A stretch of 64,000 nucleotides of DNA from an uncultured Gemmatimonadaceae bacterium (GCA_963843845.1 CAWJMB010000002.1:1024001-1088000); one strand, 5' to 3'. Shown: positions 41,183-53,382, numbered from the stretch's first letter. The notes: generated from the sequence alone by a model not told the origin. Program-made: numbers and translations.

Positions 41183-41826
41183 TCATCGATGGGGCGTCCC
41201 AATCGCATGCCCGGCATGCCCGGCGTGGATGGCATGCCGGGCATGGACGGCATGGGGGGCATCGGCGCGGCGCTATCGGCGGCCGCCGGGCGGTCGGAGA
41301 GGTGCTCCTGCACGATGACCCACCGCCCGTCGCGCCGCGCGAACACCGCCGTCCACGCGCCGCCGATCGAGTGCGGTCGTCCTTCGGGGGTGCGGTGCGG
41401 AATCGTGTAGGTCATGGTCAGCACCGCCGCGTCAGGGCCGAGCACCGTGACGTGGCGTTGGTCGAACAGGAAGCGCGGCTGCTGCATGTTCTGCCCGACG
41501 CGCGTCCAGAACTGCTCGATCGACCGTTGCAGCGCGGCGCGCGTCGTCGTGACGCGTCCGCCGGCGGCCGAGACGACGGGGTCGTGCGCTGGGTAGAGCG
41601 CCATCAGCCGCGCGACGGCGTCCGGGCGCGACAGGTCGTAGGCGTGAACGACGAGGCCCGCGAGCGTGTCCCCCAACGCCGCGTCGCGACGCTGCGTGCT
41701 CGACGGGGCGCGGTCGCAGGCGGCGGCGAGCGTCGCCAGCACCGTCGCGGCGACGAGGACACCGAGCGCCCGCGCTCGGACGACTGCGAGTCTGGTGGTA
41801 GGGTGACGCACGTCGAGCGAGTTCAT
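41179..41826 (-). CDS. NTF2-like (DUF4440/SnoaL-like) putative lipoprotein; start uncertain
   Basis: LAAAC lipobox; VTVLGPDAAV, WTAVFARRDGRWVIVQEHLS. Confidence 0.8.
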   Translation of the reverse strand: MNSLDVRHPTTRLAVVRARALGVLVAATVLATLAAACDRAPSSTQRRDAALGDTLAGLVVHAYDLSRPDAVARLMALYPAHDPVVSAAGGRVTTTRAALQRSIEQFWTRVGQNMQQPRFLFDQRHVTVLGPDAAVLTMTYTIPHRTPEGRPHSIGGAWTAVFARRDGRWVIVQEHLSDRPAAADSAAPMPPMPSMPGMPSTPGMPGMRLGRPIDD

Positions 41827-42005
41827 GACGGTGAGCGCAGCGGTGACATCCGGCGAGGACGCCGGACTGTCCACGATGAAGGACGTGAAAGGGACGGTTA
41901 CCGACGCGCGCTCTGCGGAACACGCTGGTGGAATGCGCGGCCCGTGCCGTGCGGTACGGGCGAGCGTCCGGCACGACGCTGGATACCCGCCAGTCGGAGG
42001 AAACG

Positions 42006-42743
42006 GTGCGTTCACATTCGGTTCGGTACGGAATTCCGGCCGTGCTGCTCTCGCTCGTCGCGGGGGTGGCCTGCCGCGACGACGTGAAGGACACCACGGC
42101 GAGCGACGCGCTCGCGCGCGACCTCGCGCTCGCGCAGGCGAGCTCGGTCGCGCTCGCGCCGACCGCTCGCGACCTGCCGGCGACCCGCTTCATCTCGCCG
42201 CTCGAGTCCGGAGAGCGAGCCGTCGCCGGGAGCGGGCGCGCGCCGCGCATCGCGCGTCGATCGCCGAATCGTGCCCCCGCAGCGCAGGCCGGCGCCGGCG
42301 CCCCCGTCGAGTCGCCGGTCGTCTCGCAGTCGCCGCAGAGCGTCGCCGCGGAGGCCGAGATCGCTCCGGCGCCGGCGCCTGCCGTCGCCGACGAGGCGCC
42401 CGCGTCCGGGCCGTCGGCAGGCGAGAGCGCGACGGTGCTGCCGAACGACGGCGAGGTCACGGTGGCGCGTCCGGAAGACGGAACGGGCTCCGCCCCCACA
42501 GCGGGACGGCGCGGGCGCGGCGGCATCTTCGGCGGGATCGGCGGCGTCATCATTCGCGGCGGCTCGATCGGCGACGACGATCATTGCGAGCGCGACCAAC
42601 CGCGCGGCGGCCGCGGGGGGATCCTCGGCGGACGGATGCCGGTCGGGATCGCGGGGCCGGTCGGCTACCCGGGGAATGCGGGAACGTGGGGCGTGCCGCG
42701 CAGCGGCGTCGGACGCTCGCCGCGCGGCGGGGTGCGCTACTAG
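42006..42743 (+). CDS. Hypothetical low-complexity lipoprotein
   Basis: GGAGGA RBS before GTG 42006; GVAC lipobox; LARDLALA; IIRGGSIGDDDHCE. Confidence 0.65.
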   Translation: MRSHSVRYGIPAVLLSLVAGVACRDDVKDTTASDALARDLALAQASSVALAPTARDLPATRFISPLESGERAVAGSGRAPRIARRSPNRAPAAQAGAGAPVESPVVSQSPQSVAAEAEIAPAPAPAVADEAPASGPSAGESATVLPNDGEVTVARPEDGTGSAPTAGRRGRGGIFGGIGGVIIRGGSIGDDDHCERDQPRGGRGGILGGRMPVGIAGPVGYPGNAGTWGVPRSGVGRSPRGGVRY

Positions 42744-42772
42744 CGAGCGGCGAGATCGGATGCGGTGGATCA

Positions 42773-42802
42773 CGGCGGTTCGGCGTTCGCGTCGAACCGC
42801 CG
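42773..42802 (+). terminator. 13-bp hairpin with TTCG loop
   Basis: cggcggttcggcg-ttcg-cgtcgaaccgccg; no U-tract. Confidence 0.4.
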
Positions 42803-42848
42803 CCACGTTCGGGGGGTACGTCTCTGGAACCCTCAACGGAGCCCTCGC

Positions 42849-43538
42849 ATGCACACCGTCACTCGTCATCCCCGCGCCATGCTCCTCGCGGCGCTCGTCA
42901 TCGCTGGACCGACACTCGCCGCCTGCGCGTCGCTCACCAACAAGGAGCGCGGCGCGATCGTCGGCGGCGCGGCCGGCGCCGCGGTCGGCGGCGTGATCGG
43001 CAACAACACGGGCAGCACGGCGCGCGGCGCCATCATCGGCGCCGTCGTCGGCGGGGCCGCCGGCGCGATCATCGGCCACCAGATGGACCAGCGCGCGAAG
43101 GAGCTGCAGCAGAACATCAAGGGCGCGCGCGTCGAGCGCGTCGGCGAAGGAATCATCGTCACCTTCGACAGCGGGCTGCTGTTCGACTTCGACTCGGACG
43201 TCCTGCGCGAGCCGGCGCGAGAGAACCTCCGCGAACTGGCGGCGGGCTTCGCGCGCTACCCGGATACCGACCTCATGATCGTCGGCCACACCGACGCGCA
43301 GGGCGACGACGCGTACAACCAGCGCCTCTCCGAGCGCCGTGCGGCGGCAGCGACCGCATACCTCGTGCAGCAGGGCGTCCCGAGCTCGCGCGTGCGTCAG
43401 GCTGGGCGTGGCGAGGGAGAGCCGGTCGCCGCGAACGACTCGGAGGCGGGGCGTCAGCAGAACCGACGCGTCGAGGTCGCGATCTACGCGAACGAGAAGG
43501 CGCGCGCCGACGCGCGGCGACAGGCGAGCGGGCACTGA
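42849..43538 (+). CDS. OmpA family lipoprotein with glycine zipper
   Basis: LAAC lipobox; GAIVGGAAGA; LLFDFDS, VGHTD, NQRLSERRA, NRRVE. Confidence 0.95.
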   Translation: MHTVTRHPRAMLLAALVIAGPTLAACASLTNKERGAIVGGAAGAAVGGVIGNNTGSTARGAIIGAVVGGAAGAIIGHQMDQRAKELQQNIKGARVERVGEGIIVTFDSGLLFDFDSDVLREPARENLRELAAGFARYPDTDLMIVGHTDAQGDDAYNQRLSERRAAAATAYLVQQGVPSSRVRQAGRGEGEPVAANDSEAGRQQNRRVEVAIYANEKARADARRQASGH

Positions 43539-43550
43539 GCCCGGCGTCGC

Positions 43551-43592
43551 GCGACGAATGTCGCGCGATGAATGTTGGGCGATGAATGCCGG
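43551..43592. repeat. Tandem repeat, 3 x 14 bp (core GCGAYGAATG)
   Basis: gcgacgaatgtcgc gcgatgaatgttgg gcgatgaatgccgg. Confidence 0.65.
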
Positions 43593-43608
43593 CCGGCGCG
43601 CCGGTGAT

Positions 43609-43647
43609 GCGGGGGGACGAGAGCCGACTCGTCCCCCCGCTATCTTT
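43609..43647 (+). terminator. Probable intrinsic terminator after ompA
   Basis: 13-bp perfect stem gcggggggacgag/ctcgtccccccgc followed by TATCTTT. Confidence 0.6.
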
Positions 43648-43653
43648 GCGTCC

Positions 43654-44601
43654 ATGCCGCCGACCACGCTGCCACCGTCGCCGACGACCGCGTCCGCCTT
43701 GCACACGCTGCTCGCGCACGTCGTCGACTACGCGGGACTGTTCCCGCCGGCGTCGCTCGCGATGAGCGACGCGGCACGCCACTACGCCGCCTACCGCGCG
43801 AGCGACGAGCGGTGGATGCTCGGCCGTTTCGTCGTCCCCGCGGCGCGGATCGGCGAGCTCGTCGCGGCGATGCCGCACGACGCGCGCGACGTGGCGAACG
43901 GCGCGTCCGCGCCGTGGGAGCTGAGCGTGCTGCTCGGTCCAGACGTCGACGGAGACGTCGCCCGCGCCGCCGGCCACGCACGCAGCGCGCGCACGCACGT
44001 GTCCGCGCTCGAGCTGCGTGTGACCGACGCCGCCGCGCTCGCGTCGGCGGCGACGGCCGCCGACACGCTCGGCGTCGCGCGCGCGCTCACCTTCTGCGAG
44101 ATCCCGGGCGCCGCGGACGCGGAGCGGTGGGTGCGCGCAGCGAGCGAGCGCGGACTGGCGCTCAAGCTGCGCACGGGCGGCGTGACGCCCGACGCGTTCC
44201 CCTCGACCGACGACGTCGCGCGCTTCCTGCACGCCTGCGCGGCGTCCGGCGTGCCGTTCAAGCTCACCGCCGGTCTGCATCACCCCCTGCGCGCCGAGTA
44301 CCCGCTGACGTACGAGGCCGGGTGTCCGCGCGGCACGATGCACGGCTTCCTGAACGCGCTCGCCGCCACGGCGCTCTACGGCGCCGGCCTCGACCGCACG
44401 ACCGTCGCGCCGCTGCTCGAGGAGCGCGACGCGCGGGCGCTGGCGTTCGACGCGCCGAACGGTGCGCTGGCGTGGCGCGCGATCACCGCGTCCGGCGACG
44501 AGCTGGCCGCCGCGCGCCGCGCGTTCGTCGCATTCGGCTCGTGCTCGTTCACCGAGCCGGTGAGCGAGCTGCGCGCGCTCGGCCTGCTGCCGGCCGCCTA
44601 A
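43654..44601 (+). CDS. Hypothetical enzyme-like protein upstream of fahA
   Basis: VVDYAGLFPPA, LKLRTGG, FKLTAGLHHP, HGFLN, FGSCSFTEP. Confidence 0.8.
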   Translation: MPPTTLPPSPTTASALHTLLAHVVDYAGLFPPASLAMSDAARHYAAYRASDERWMLGRFVVPAARIGELVAAMPHDARDVANGASAPWELSVLLGPDVDGDVARAAGHARSARTHVSALELRVTDAAALASAATAADTLGVARALTFCEIPGAADAERWVRAASERGLALKLRTGGVTPDAFPSTDDVARFLHACAASGVPFKLTAGLHHPLRAEYPLTYEAGCPRGTMHGFLNALAATALYGAGLDRTTVAPLLEERDARALAFDAPNGALAWRAITASGDELAAARRAFVAFGSCSFTEPVSELRALGLLPAA

Positions 44602-44620
44602 CGTTCTTCCTCATGCACTC

Positions 44621-45932
44621 GTGACCGACACGCACGATCCGGCGCTCGTCTCCTGGGTGGAGTCGGCGCACACGCCGGGGACCGACTTCCCGATCCAGAA
44701 CCTTCCGTTCGGGGTCTTCCGCCGAGCGGACAGCGGCGAGGCGCCGCGCGTCGGCGTCGCGATCGGCGACGCGATCCTCGATCTCCCCGCATGCCTCGCC
44801 GAGGGGCTGCTCGATCGGGACGGGCCGGCGGCGCTCGCCCTCGGCGCGCCGTCGCTCAATCCGCTCATGGCGCTCGGACGGGCGCACCTGAGCGCGATGC
44901 GGTCGGCGGTGAGTCTGGTTCTGCGCGCCGGCGGCACGCCGACGCGCTATGACCGCGACCGCGCGGATCGCATCCTCGTCCCACTGGCGGAGGCCGAGCT
45001 CTTTCTCCCCGCGGACGTCGGCGATTACACCGACTTCTACGCCTCGGTGCACCACGCGACGAACGTCGGGAGCATGTTCCGCCCCGACAACCCGCTGCTG
45101 CCGAACTACAAGTGGGTGCCGATCGGCTATCACGGCCGCGCGTCGAGCATCGTGCGCAGCGGCACGGCCGTCCACCGTCCGTGGGGGCAGATCAAGCCGC
45201 CGAGCGAGGAGCGGCCGACGTACGCGCCGACGCGGCAGCTCGACTACGAGCTGGAGGTCGGGGTTCTACGTCGGCGCCGGCACGCCGTTAGGCACCCGCC
45301 TCACCGTCGACGACGCGGAGTCGCACCTGTTCGGGCTGTGCCTCGTGAACGACTGGTCCGCGCGCGACGTGCAGGCGTGGGAGTACCAGCCGTTCGGCCC
45401 GTTCCTCGCCAAGAACTTCGCGACCACGCTCTCGCCGTGGGTCGTGACCGTGGACGCGCTCGAGCCGTTCCGCGCGCCGGCGTACACGCGCGCCGCCGGC
45501 GACCCGGCGCCGCTGCCGCACCTCGATTCGGTCGTCGACCGGGCGCGCGGCGCGTTCGACGTCACGCTCGAGGTCTGGCTGACGACGGCGCAGATGCGCG
45601 CGTCGGGGACCGCTCCGTTCCTCGTCAGCCGCGGGTCGCTCGCCGAGATGTACTGGACGCCGGCGCAACTGCTCGCGCACCACGCGAGCAACGGCTGCAA
45701 CCTGCGGCCCGGGGACTTGCTCGCGAGCGGCACCGTCTCCGGCCCGACGCCCGAGTCGCGCGGGTGCCTGCTCGAGCGGACGTGGCGCGGCCGCGAGCCG
45801 TTGCAGCTGCCGAACGGCGAGCAGCGCGCGTTTCTCGAGGACGGCGACGAGGTCATCCTGCGCGGCTACTGCGAGCGCGACGGCGCCGTGCGGATCGGGT
45901 TCGGCGAGTGCCGCGGGCGCGTCGAAGGGTGA
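44621..45932 (+). CDS. fahA: Fumarylacetoacetase (frameshift near 45262)
   Basis: DFPIQNLPFG, DYTDFY, PIGYHGRASS, LDYELE, NDWSARD, WEYQP, SGTVSG, GFGEC. Confidence 0.95.
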
Positions 45933-45958
45933 GCGGTGGACGCGACCGGTAGCCGGCG

Positions 45959-46900
45959 TCAGGCGAGCGCGATGATCGCGAGCAGCATCGTCGCGACCAT
46001 CGCGACGGCGAAGATCACTCCGTAGCTCGCCGAGAGCGCGACGAACTTCGCGAGCGTGCGCCGCCGCGACCCGCCGTAGACGCCGTGCATGGCGAGGAAC
46101 CCGTACGCGGGAATCCAGAGCAGCATCAGCCAGAACACGACGCGCGAGAGCGGGCCGCGCGCGACGGCCGACGTCAGCGCGACGACCGTGAGCGCGAGGT
46201 AGGCGAACGCGTGGGTGTGCAGCGCGAAGACGAGGTGCTCCGCGTAGTAGACCCCCGAGCGGCGATACAGCACGCGGAGCAGGAGCGCGAACACCGGGAG
46301 CAGCACGAACACCATGTTCGGCGCCTTCGCGAGCAGCGCGCCGAAGATCGCGCGCCGCTGCTCCGCCCCCGGCAGCGCCTTCACGCGGGCCATGCCGCCG
46401 GTGAGTCCACGCTTCGCCCACGTGATCGGATCTCGCCCGCGTTCGTTGCGGTGCCGCTCGAGGAACGCGTCGACCGACGAGTCGGTCCGGATGACGCCGT
46501 CACCTCGCGTGACGGTCACCCCGCCGACGCTGCGCCGGGAGTCGCCGAGGCCGGCGTCGCGGTCGCGGCGCACGAGCGTGAGCGAGAGGAAGAAGGCGAC
46601 GCTCATCGTCAGGTACAGCCGCAGCGGCCGCAGGTAGCGTGCGCGGCGGCCGGCGAGGAACTCGGCCGTCAGCGCGCCGGGGCGGCGCACGAGCAGGAGC
46701 AACGTCTGCGGGATCTTGCCGTCCCACCCGGCGAGCGCGTCGAGCACCTCGCTCGCGAGACCGCCGAGGGAGCGGTGCAGGTCGCGCGTTTCCTGCCCGC
46801 AGTGCGGACAGAAGTGCTCGACGCCGCCGGCCCCGCAGTTCGTGCAGTGCGGCGGCGGCGGCGTCGAAGCGACGTCCTGGGAGAGGCGAACGTGCGTCAG
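45959..46900 (-). CDS. DUF3667-like membrane protein (start unclear)
   Basis: CTNCG...FCPHCGQ zinc ribbon in frame with RPGALTAEFLAGRRARYLRPLRLY and YAEHLVFALH. Confidence 0.8.
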   Translation of the reverse strand: MTHVRLSQDVASTPPPPHCTNCGAGGVEHFCPHCGQETRDLHRSLGGLASEVLDALAGWDGKIPQTLLLLVRRPGALTAEFLAGRRARYLRPLRLYLTMSVAFFLSLTLVRRDRDAGLGDSRRSVGGVTVTRGDGVIRTDSSVDAFLERHRNERGRDPITWAKRGLTGGMARVKALPGAEQRRAIFGALLAKAPNMVFVLLPVFALLLRVLYRRSGVYYAEHLVFALHTHAFAYLALTVVALTSAVARGPLSRVVFWLMLLWIPAYGFLAMHGVYGGSRRRTLAKFVALSASYGVIFAVAMVATMLLAIIALA

Positions 46901-46904
46901 GGCG

Positions 46905-48644
46905 TCAGGGCGTGACGGTCACCGTGATGGTGGTCGGCGCACCCTGCGCCGCGCTCGCGGCATCGAGCGCCTGATACGTGATGCGCGTCGTGCCTTCCTT
47001 GAGGCCGAGGATCTGGCCGGCGCCGTTCGCCGAGACGATCGACGGATCGGCGACCGTCGCCTGCACGGTGCGATTGAAGAGCTGGTTGCCGTTGGCGTCG
47101 CGCGGGATGACGGAGATCGTCGTCGCTCGGCCGACCGGGACGCTGACCGTGACCGGGGCGACATCGATCGTGGCGACGCGCACGAGGTTGACCACGATGT
47201 CGGCACTGCCGCTCGCCACGGCGGGCAGCCCGGGAACGGCGTCGACGACCGCGGTGATCCGTGCGCCCGGCGCCGCGATGGCGGTCGCGAGCCCGCTCTG
47301 CGACACCGTGACACTCTGCGACGAGGAGGTCACCCACGTCACCGTGCGTCCGCTCACGGCGTTGCCCACGCTGTCGGTCAGGGTGGCCGTGAGCTGCTGC
47401 GTCTGTCCGACGTTCAACTCCGACACGAGGGGGCGGACCGTCACGGCGGCGATCGGGATCTCGGTCACCCGCAGGCTCAGCGTGTCCGCGACCGCGCCGT
47501 TGTCGGCGCTCGCGATCAGTCGCGCCTCGCCGATCCGGCGCGGCGTCACGATGCCGAGCGAGTTGACGACGAACACCGTCTGATCGGTGCTCGTGTAGGT
47601 GATCGTGCGGCCGGCCAGCGACGTGCCGGCGCTGTCGTACGCGATGGCGAACCGGTTGCTCTGGACCGGCGTGCCAGTCGTCGCGAGGCGCAGAAACGGC
47701 CCGCGGTCGGCGATGCGAACGATGCGGGCGGGCACCTCGCGCACCGTCACCTGGAACACGCCCCGCGCCGAGGTCCCGTTCACGAGCACGTTGATGTTCG
47801 TGGTCCCGGGCCGTACGCCGGTGACGACGCCGCTCGCGGCATTCACGGTCGCGACGGTCTGGTCGTCGCTCGTGTAGCCGATCCCTTGCTGCGTGTTCGA
47901 GATGATCGCGTTGTCGGCCGCGAACAGCGTGACCGACGTCTGCGCCTGCTCGTTGACGAGGATCGTGTTCGAGCCCTTCTGCAGGCGCGCCTCGACGCGA
48001 CTCACGAGCGGCGGCAGCACGTTGACCTGGAACGCCGCCGTGACGCTGTTCACCGTCAGCGTCACGATCGCCGTGCCAGGGGTGACGCCGCGCAGCACGA
48101 TGTTCGACGACGTCGAACCGCTCGCCGTCAGGACGCCCGTGTTGGACGAGGTGACCGTCACGGCGCGCGGCGCGAGCGTCTGCCCCTGCGGGTCGAGGAG
48201 CGTCACGCCGAGCGGCGTGTCGCGGCCCTGATAGACCGTCGGCGGATCGACGCGGATGACCGCCGGCGGGGCGAGCAGGACGCGAATCGTGTCCGATCCC
48301 GTCTTCCCGCGCGTCGTGGCCGAGATGACGGCCGTGCCCGGCGCCACGCCGGTGATCTCCCCCGTCGCCGCGTTCACCGTGGCGACCGACGGATCGCTCG
48401 ACGAGAACGCGGTGCGCAGCTTCGTCGACGTGAACGGCTTGTTGTTGTCGATCGTCGTGGCGGAGGCGAGGGCGCGCGCGCCGGCGACGATCGAGTCGGG
48501 GTTCACCGTCACGTCGACACGGTCGACGTTGGGAAGCCCGGTGAGAAAGCTGCAGCCGCTCGTCGCGAGTCCGATCGCGGCGACGAGGGCGACGCTCAGC
48601 CCGCGGCGCGGGCGGCGCGCAGACGGCGGGAACGCAAACCGCAT
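46905..48644 (-). CDS. Lipoprotein with tandem bacterial Ig-like (Big_2) domains
   Basis: TSGC lipobox; repeats SSSDPSVATV...GEITGVAPG, TSDDQTVATV...GVVTGVRPG. Confidence 0.88.
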   Translation of the reverse strand: MRFAFPPSARRPRRGLSVALVAAIGLATSGCSFLTGLPNVDRVDVTVNPDSIVAGARALASATTIDNNKPFTSTKLRTAFSSSDPSVATVNAATGEITGVAPGTAVISATTRGKTGSDTIRVLLAPPAVIRVDPPTVYQGRDTPLGVTLLDPQGQTLAPRAVTVTSSNTGVLTASGSTSSNIVLRGVTPGTAIVTLTVNSVTAAFQVNVLPPLVSRVEARLQKGSNTILVNEQAQTSVTLFAADNAIISNTQQGIGYTSDDQTVATVNAASGVVTGVRPGTTNINVLVNGTSARGVFQVTVREVPARIVRIADRGPFLRLATTGTPVQSNRFAIAYDSAGTSLAGRTITYTSTDQTVFVVNSLGIVTPRRIGEARLIASADNGAVADTLSLRVTEIPIAAVTVRPLVSELNVGQTQQLTATLTDSVGNAVSGRTVTWVTSSSQSVTVSQSGLATAIAAPGARITAVVDAVPGLPAVASGSADIVVNLVRVATIDVAPVTVSVPVGRATTISVIPRDANGNQLFNRTVQATVADPSIVSANGAGQILGLKEGTTRITYQALDAASAAQGAPTTITVTVTP

Positions 48645-48766
48645 GGAGGACGGGACGGTGAGAGGCATTCGGGGCTCGCTGGGGCGCCGATCGCGAGATC
48701 GGCGCCGGACGGCGGCACCAGCTACGGAGAAGACGACGCACGAAGCGTAGTGCGCCCTGAGGGGCG

Positions 48767-50913
<2,147 letters not shown>

Positions 50914-50943
50914 CGACGACCGTGCGAGAGAAGGGATGAGCAA

Positions 50944-52167
50944 TCAATCGCGTTCGTGCTCGAACACCCAGCGCACCTGCTCGACCGCCCATTCGAGGTC
51001 GCGCTGCTCGACGACGAGCGGCGGGGCGATGCGGATGACCTTGTCGTGCGTCTCCTTGCACAGCACGCCGCGCGCCTTGAGCGCCTCGCAGTACGGGCGC
51101 GCGGGCACGCGCAGCTCGAGGCCGACGAGCAGGCCGCGCCCGCGCGCCTCGACGATGTCGGGGTGGCGGATCTGTCGCAGCTCGTTCAGCAGCCAGCTGC
51201 CCAACGTCGCCGATCGCTCGACGAGATCCTCGTCGGCCATGACCTGCAACGCCGTGCGCGCGACCGCGCAGCCGAGCGGGTTGCCGCCGTACGTGCTGCC
51301 GTGCGAGCCGGGGGTGAACACGCTCAGCACGTCGCGCCGCGAGACGACGGCGGAGACGGGGTAGAAGCCGCCGGAGAGCGCCTTGCCGAGGATGTAGACG
51401 TCGGGCTGAACGCCCTCGTGGTCGCACGCGAACAGCCGCCCCGTGCGGCCGAGCCCCGTCTGGATCTCGTCGGCCATGAGCAGCACGTTCTGCTCGCGGC
51501 AGAGCGCGGCCAGCGCGCGGAGGAACCCATCCGGCGGCATGAGCACGCCGGCCTCGCACTGGATGGGCTCGATCAGCACCGCGCAGACATCCGGGTGCAT
51601 CGCACGCCGCACCGCCTCGAGATCGCCGAACGGCAGGCGCGTGAACCCCGGCGCGAACGGCCCGAAGCCGTCTCGGTACGACGGCTCCGACGAGAAGCCG
51701 ACGATCGTCGTCGTGCGGCCATGGAAGTTGTTGTCGAACACGAGGATCTCGGCACGGTCGCGCGCGATCCCCTTCCGCGTGTATCCCCACCGCCGCGCCG
51801 CCTTGATCGCCGTCTCGACCGCCTCGGCGCCCGTGTTCATCGGGAGCACCGTCTCCATGCCGCAGAGCGCGGCCAGCTCCTCGCAGAACGGGCCGAGCTG
51901 CTCGTTGCGGAACGCGCGCGACGTCAGCGTGACGCGCGACGCCTGCTGCACGAGCGCCGCGAGCAGCCGTGGGTGGCAGTGCCCCTGATTGACGGCGGAG
52001 TACGCGGCGAGGCAGTCCAGGTAGCGGCCCCCCTCGACGTCGTACACCCACGCCCCCTCGGCGTGGTCGATGACGACGTCGAGCGGGTGATAGTTGTGCG
52101 CGCCCCACTGCGCTTCGAGCGCGATGAGCTCCTGCGTGCTGGGCACTGCCGTCGTCGCGGAGCTCAT
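50944..52167 (-). CDS. rocD: Ornithine aminotransferase
   Basis: AHNYHP, AYSAVNQGHCHP, DEIQTGLGRTG, LGKALSGG, HGSTYGGNPL. Confidence 0.95.
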   Translation of the reverse strand: MSSATTAVPSTQELIALEAQWGAHNYHPLDVVIDHAEGAWVYDVEGGRYLDCLAAYSAVNQGHCHPRLLAALVQQASRVTLTSRAFRNEQLGPFCEELAALCGMETVLPMNTGAEAVETAIKAARRWGYTRKGIARDRAEILVFDNNFHGRTTTIVGFSSEPSYRDGFGPFAPGFTRLPFGDLEAVRRAMHPDVCAVLIEPIQCEAGVLMPPDGFLRALAALCREQNVLLMADEIQTGLGRTGRLFACDHEGVQPDVYILGKALSGGFYPVSAVVSRRDVLSVFTPGSHGSTYGGNPLGCAVARTALQVMADEDLVERSATLGSWLLNELRQIRHPDIVEARGRGLLVGLELRVPARPYCEALKARGVLCKETHDKVIRIAPPLVVEQRDLEWAVEQVRWVFEHERD

Positions 52168-53255
52168 AGGATGCGCCGTCCGAACGCGCTGGTGATGAGG
52201 TCGACGGCCAACTCCGCCGTGTGGTTGTGCCGGTCGACGATCGGGTTGATCTCGACCAGGTCCATCGCGACGAGCGCGTTCGCGTCGGCGACGAGCTCCA
52301 TCGCGAGGTGCGCTTCGCGGAGCGTCGCGCCGCCGCGCACCGGCGTGCCGACCCCCGGGGCCTCTTCCGGATCGACCCAGTCGGCGTCGCAGGAGAGGTG
52401 CACGCCGCCCGTGCCGCGCGTCGCGATCTCGAGCGCGTCGTCCATCACGGCGCGCAGCCCGCGCTCGTCGATCTCGCGCATCGTGAACGCGCGCATGCCC
52501 GAGTCGCGGATGAAGTCGCGTTCCGGCTGGTCGAGGTCGCGCACGCCGACGAGCACGACGTTCTCGGCGCGCACGGCCGGCCACGGCGTCGCGATCTGCG
52601 ACAGGCGCGGGTCGCCCCTGCCCAACAGATGGGCGACGGGCATGCCGTGCACGTTGCCGCTCGCGCTCGACGAGGGGGTGTGCAGGTCGCCGTGCGCGTC
52701 GAGCCAGATGAGGCCGAGCCGCTCGCCGCGCTCGCTCATCGCGGTCGCGACGCCGGCGACCGAGCCGGCGGCGAGCGAGTGGTCGCCGCCCAACACGAGC
52801 GGCGTCGCGCCGGCGCGCACGGCGTCGGCGGTCTGCGCCGCGAGCGTGCGGCAGACCTCGGCGATGGCGGCGAGGTAGCGCGCCTGCGGGTGGGCGTCGT
52901 CGCGCCCGTTGGCGTCGACATTCGAGCCGGCGTTCGCGCCGGCGTTCGCGCCGGCGTTCGCGCCGGCGTTCGCGCGACCGCCGGCGAGTGCGGCGCGGTC
53001 GGGCACCGCGATGTTGCCGGTGTCGTGCACGTCGTAGCCGACGTCGCGGAGGCGAGCGGCGACGTCGGCGGCCCGGAGCGCCGAGGGCCCCATGTCGACG
53101 CCGCGACGGCTGGCGCCGAGGTCCATCGGAACGCCGATGACGTGCACGGGGCGGAGGCGGGCACGCGCGCCGAGGCGTGTGTCGCGCACGTCGGTCGCGT
53201 CGGTCGCGTCGGTCGCGTCGGTCGCGTCGGTCGCGCGTGTGTCGGTAGCCAGCAT
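52164..53255 (-). CDS. rocF: Arginase
   Basis: GVDMGP, GGDHS, DAHGD, SGNVHGMP, DADWVDP, GTPVRGG, VEINP. Confidence 0.95.
   Translation of the reverse strand: MLATDTRATDATDATDATDATDVRDTRLGARARLRPVHVIGVPMDLGASRRGVDMGPSALRAADVAARLRDVGYDVHDTGNIAVPDRAALAGGRANAGANAGANAGANAGSNVDANGRDDAHPQARYLAAIAEVCRTLAAQTADAVRAGATPLVLGGDHSLAAGSVAGVATAMSERGERLGLIWLDAHGDLHTPSSSASGNVHGMPVAHLLGRGDPRLSQIATPWPAVRAENVVLVGVRDLDQPERDFIRDSGMRAFTMREIDERGLRAVMDDALEIATRGTGGVHLSCDADWVDPEEAPGVGTPVRGGATLREAHLAMELVADANALVAMDLVEINPIVDRHNHTAELAVDLITSAFGRRIL
52926..52973. repeat. 4 x 12-bp in-frame tandem repeat in rocF, (ANAG)4
   Basis: gccggcgttcgc x4. Confidence 0.9.
53190..53234. repeat. 5 x 9-bp in-frame tandem repeat in rocF, (ATD)5
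   Basis: gtcggtcgc x5. Confidence 0.9.
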
Positions 53256-53382
53256 GTGTCAGTCGAGAACGAGAGTCAGTTCGATGTCGTCGAACGATGC
53301 CGGTCTCGGACGTCAGCGAATAGCGCGATGAGTGCGCAACTCTGCGTTATCTTCTGGCGATTCGACACAGAGCGCTGACACT

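Noticed and set aside
38482..42087. 1201-aa NadA fusion
   Set aside because: Read-through caused by an indel near 39525; nadC and later genes are in other frames.
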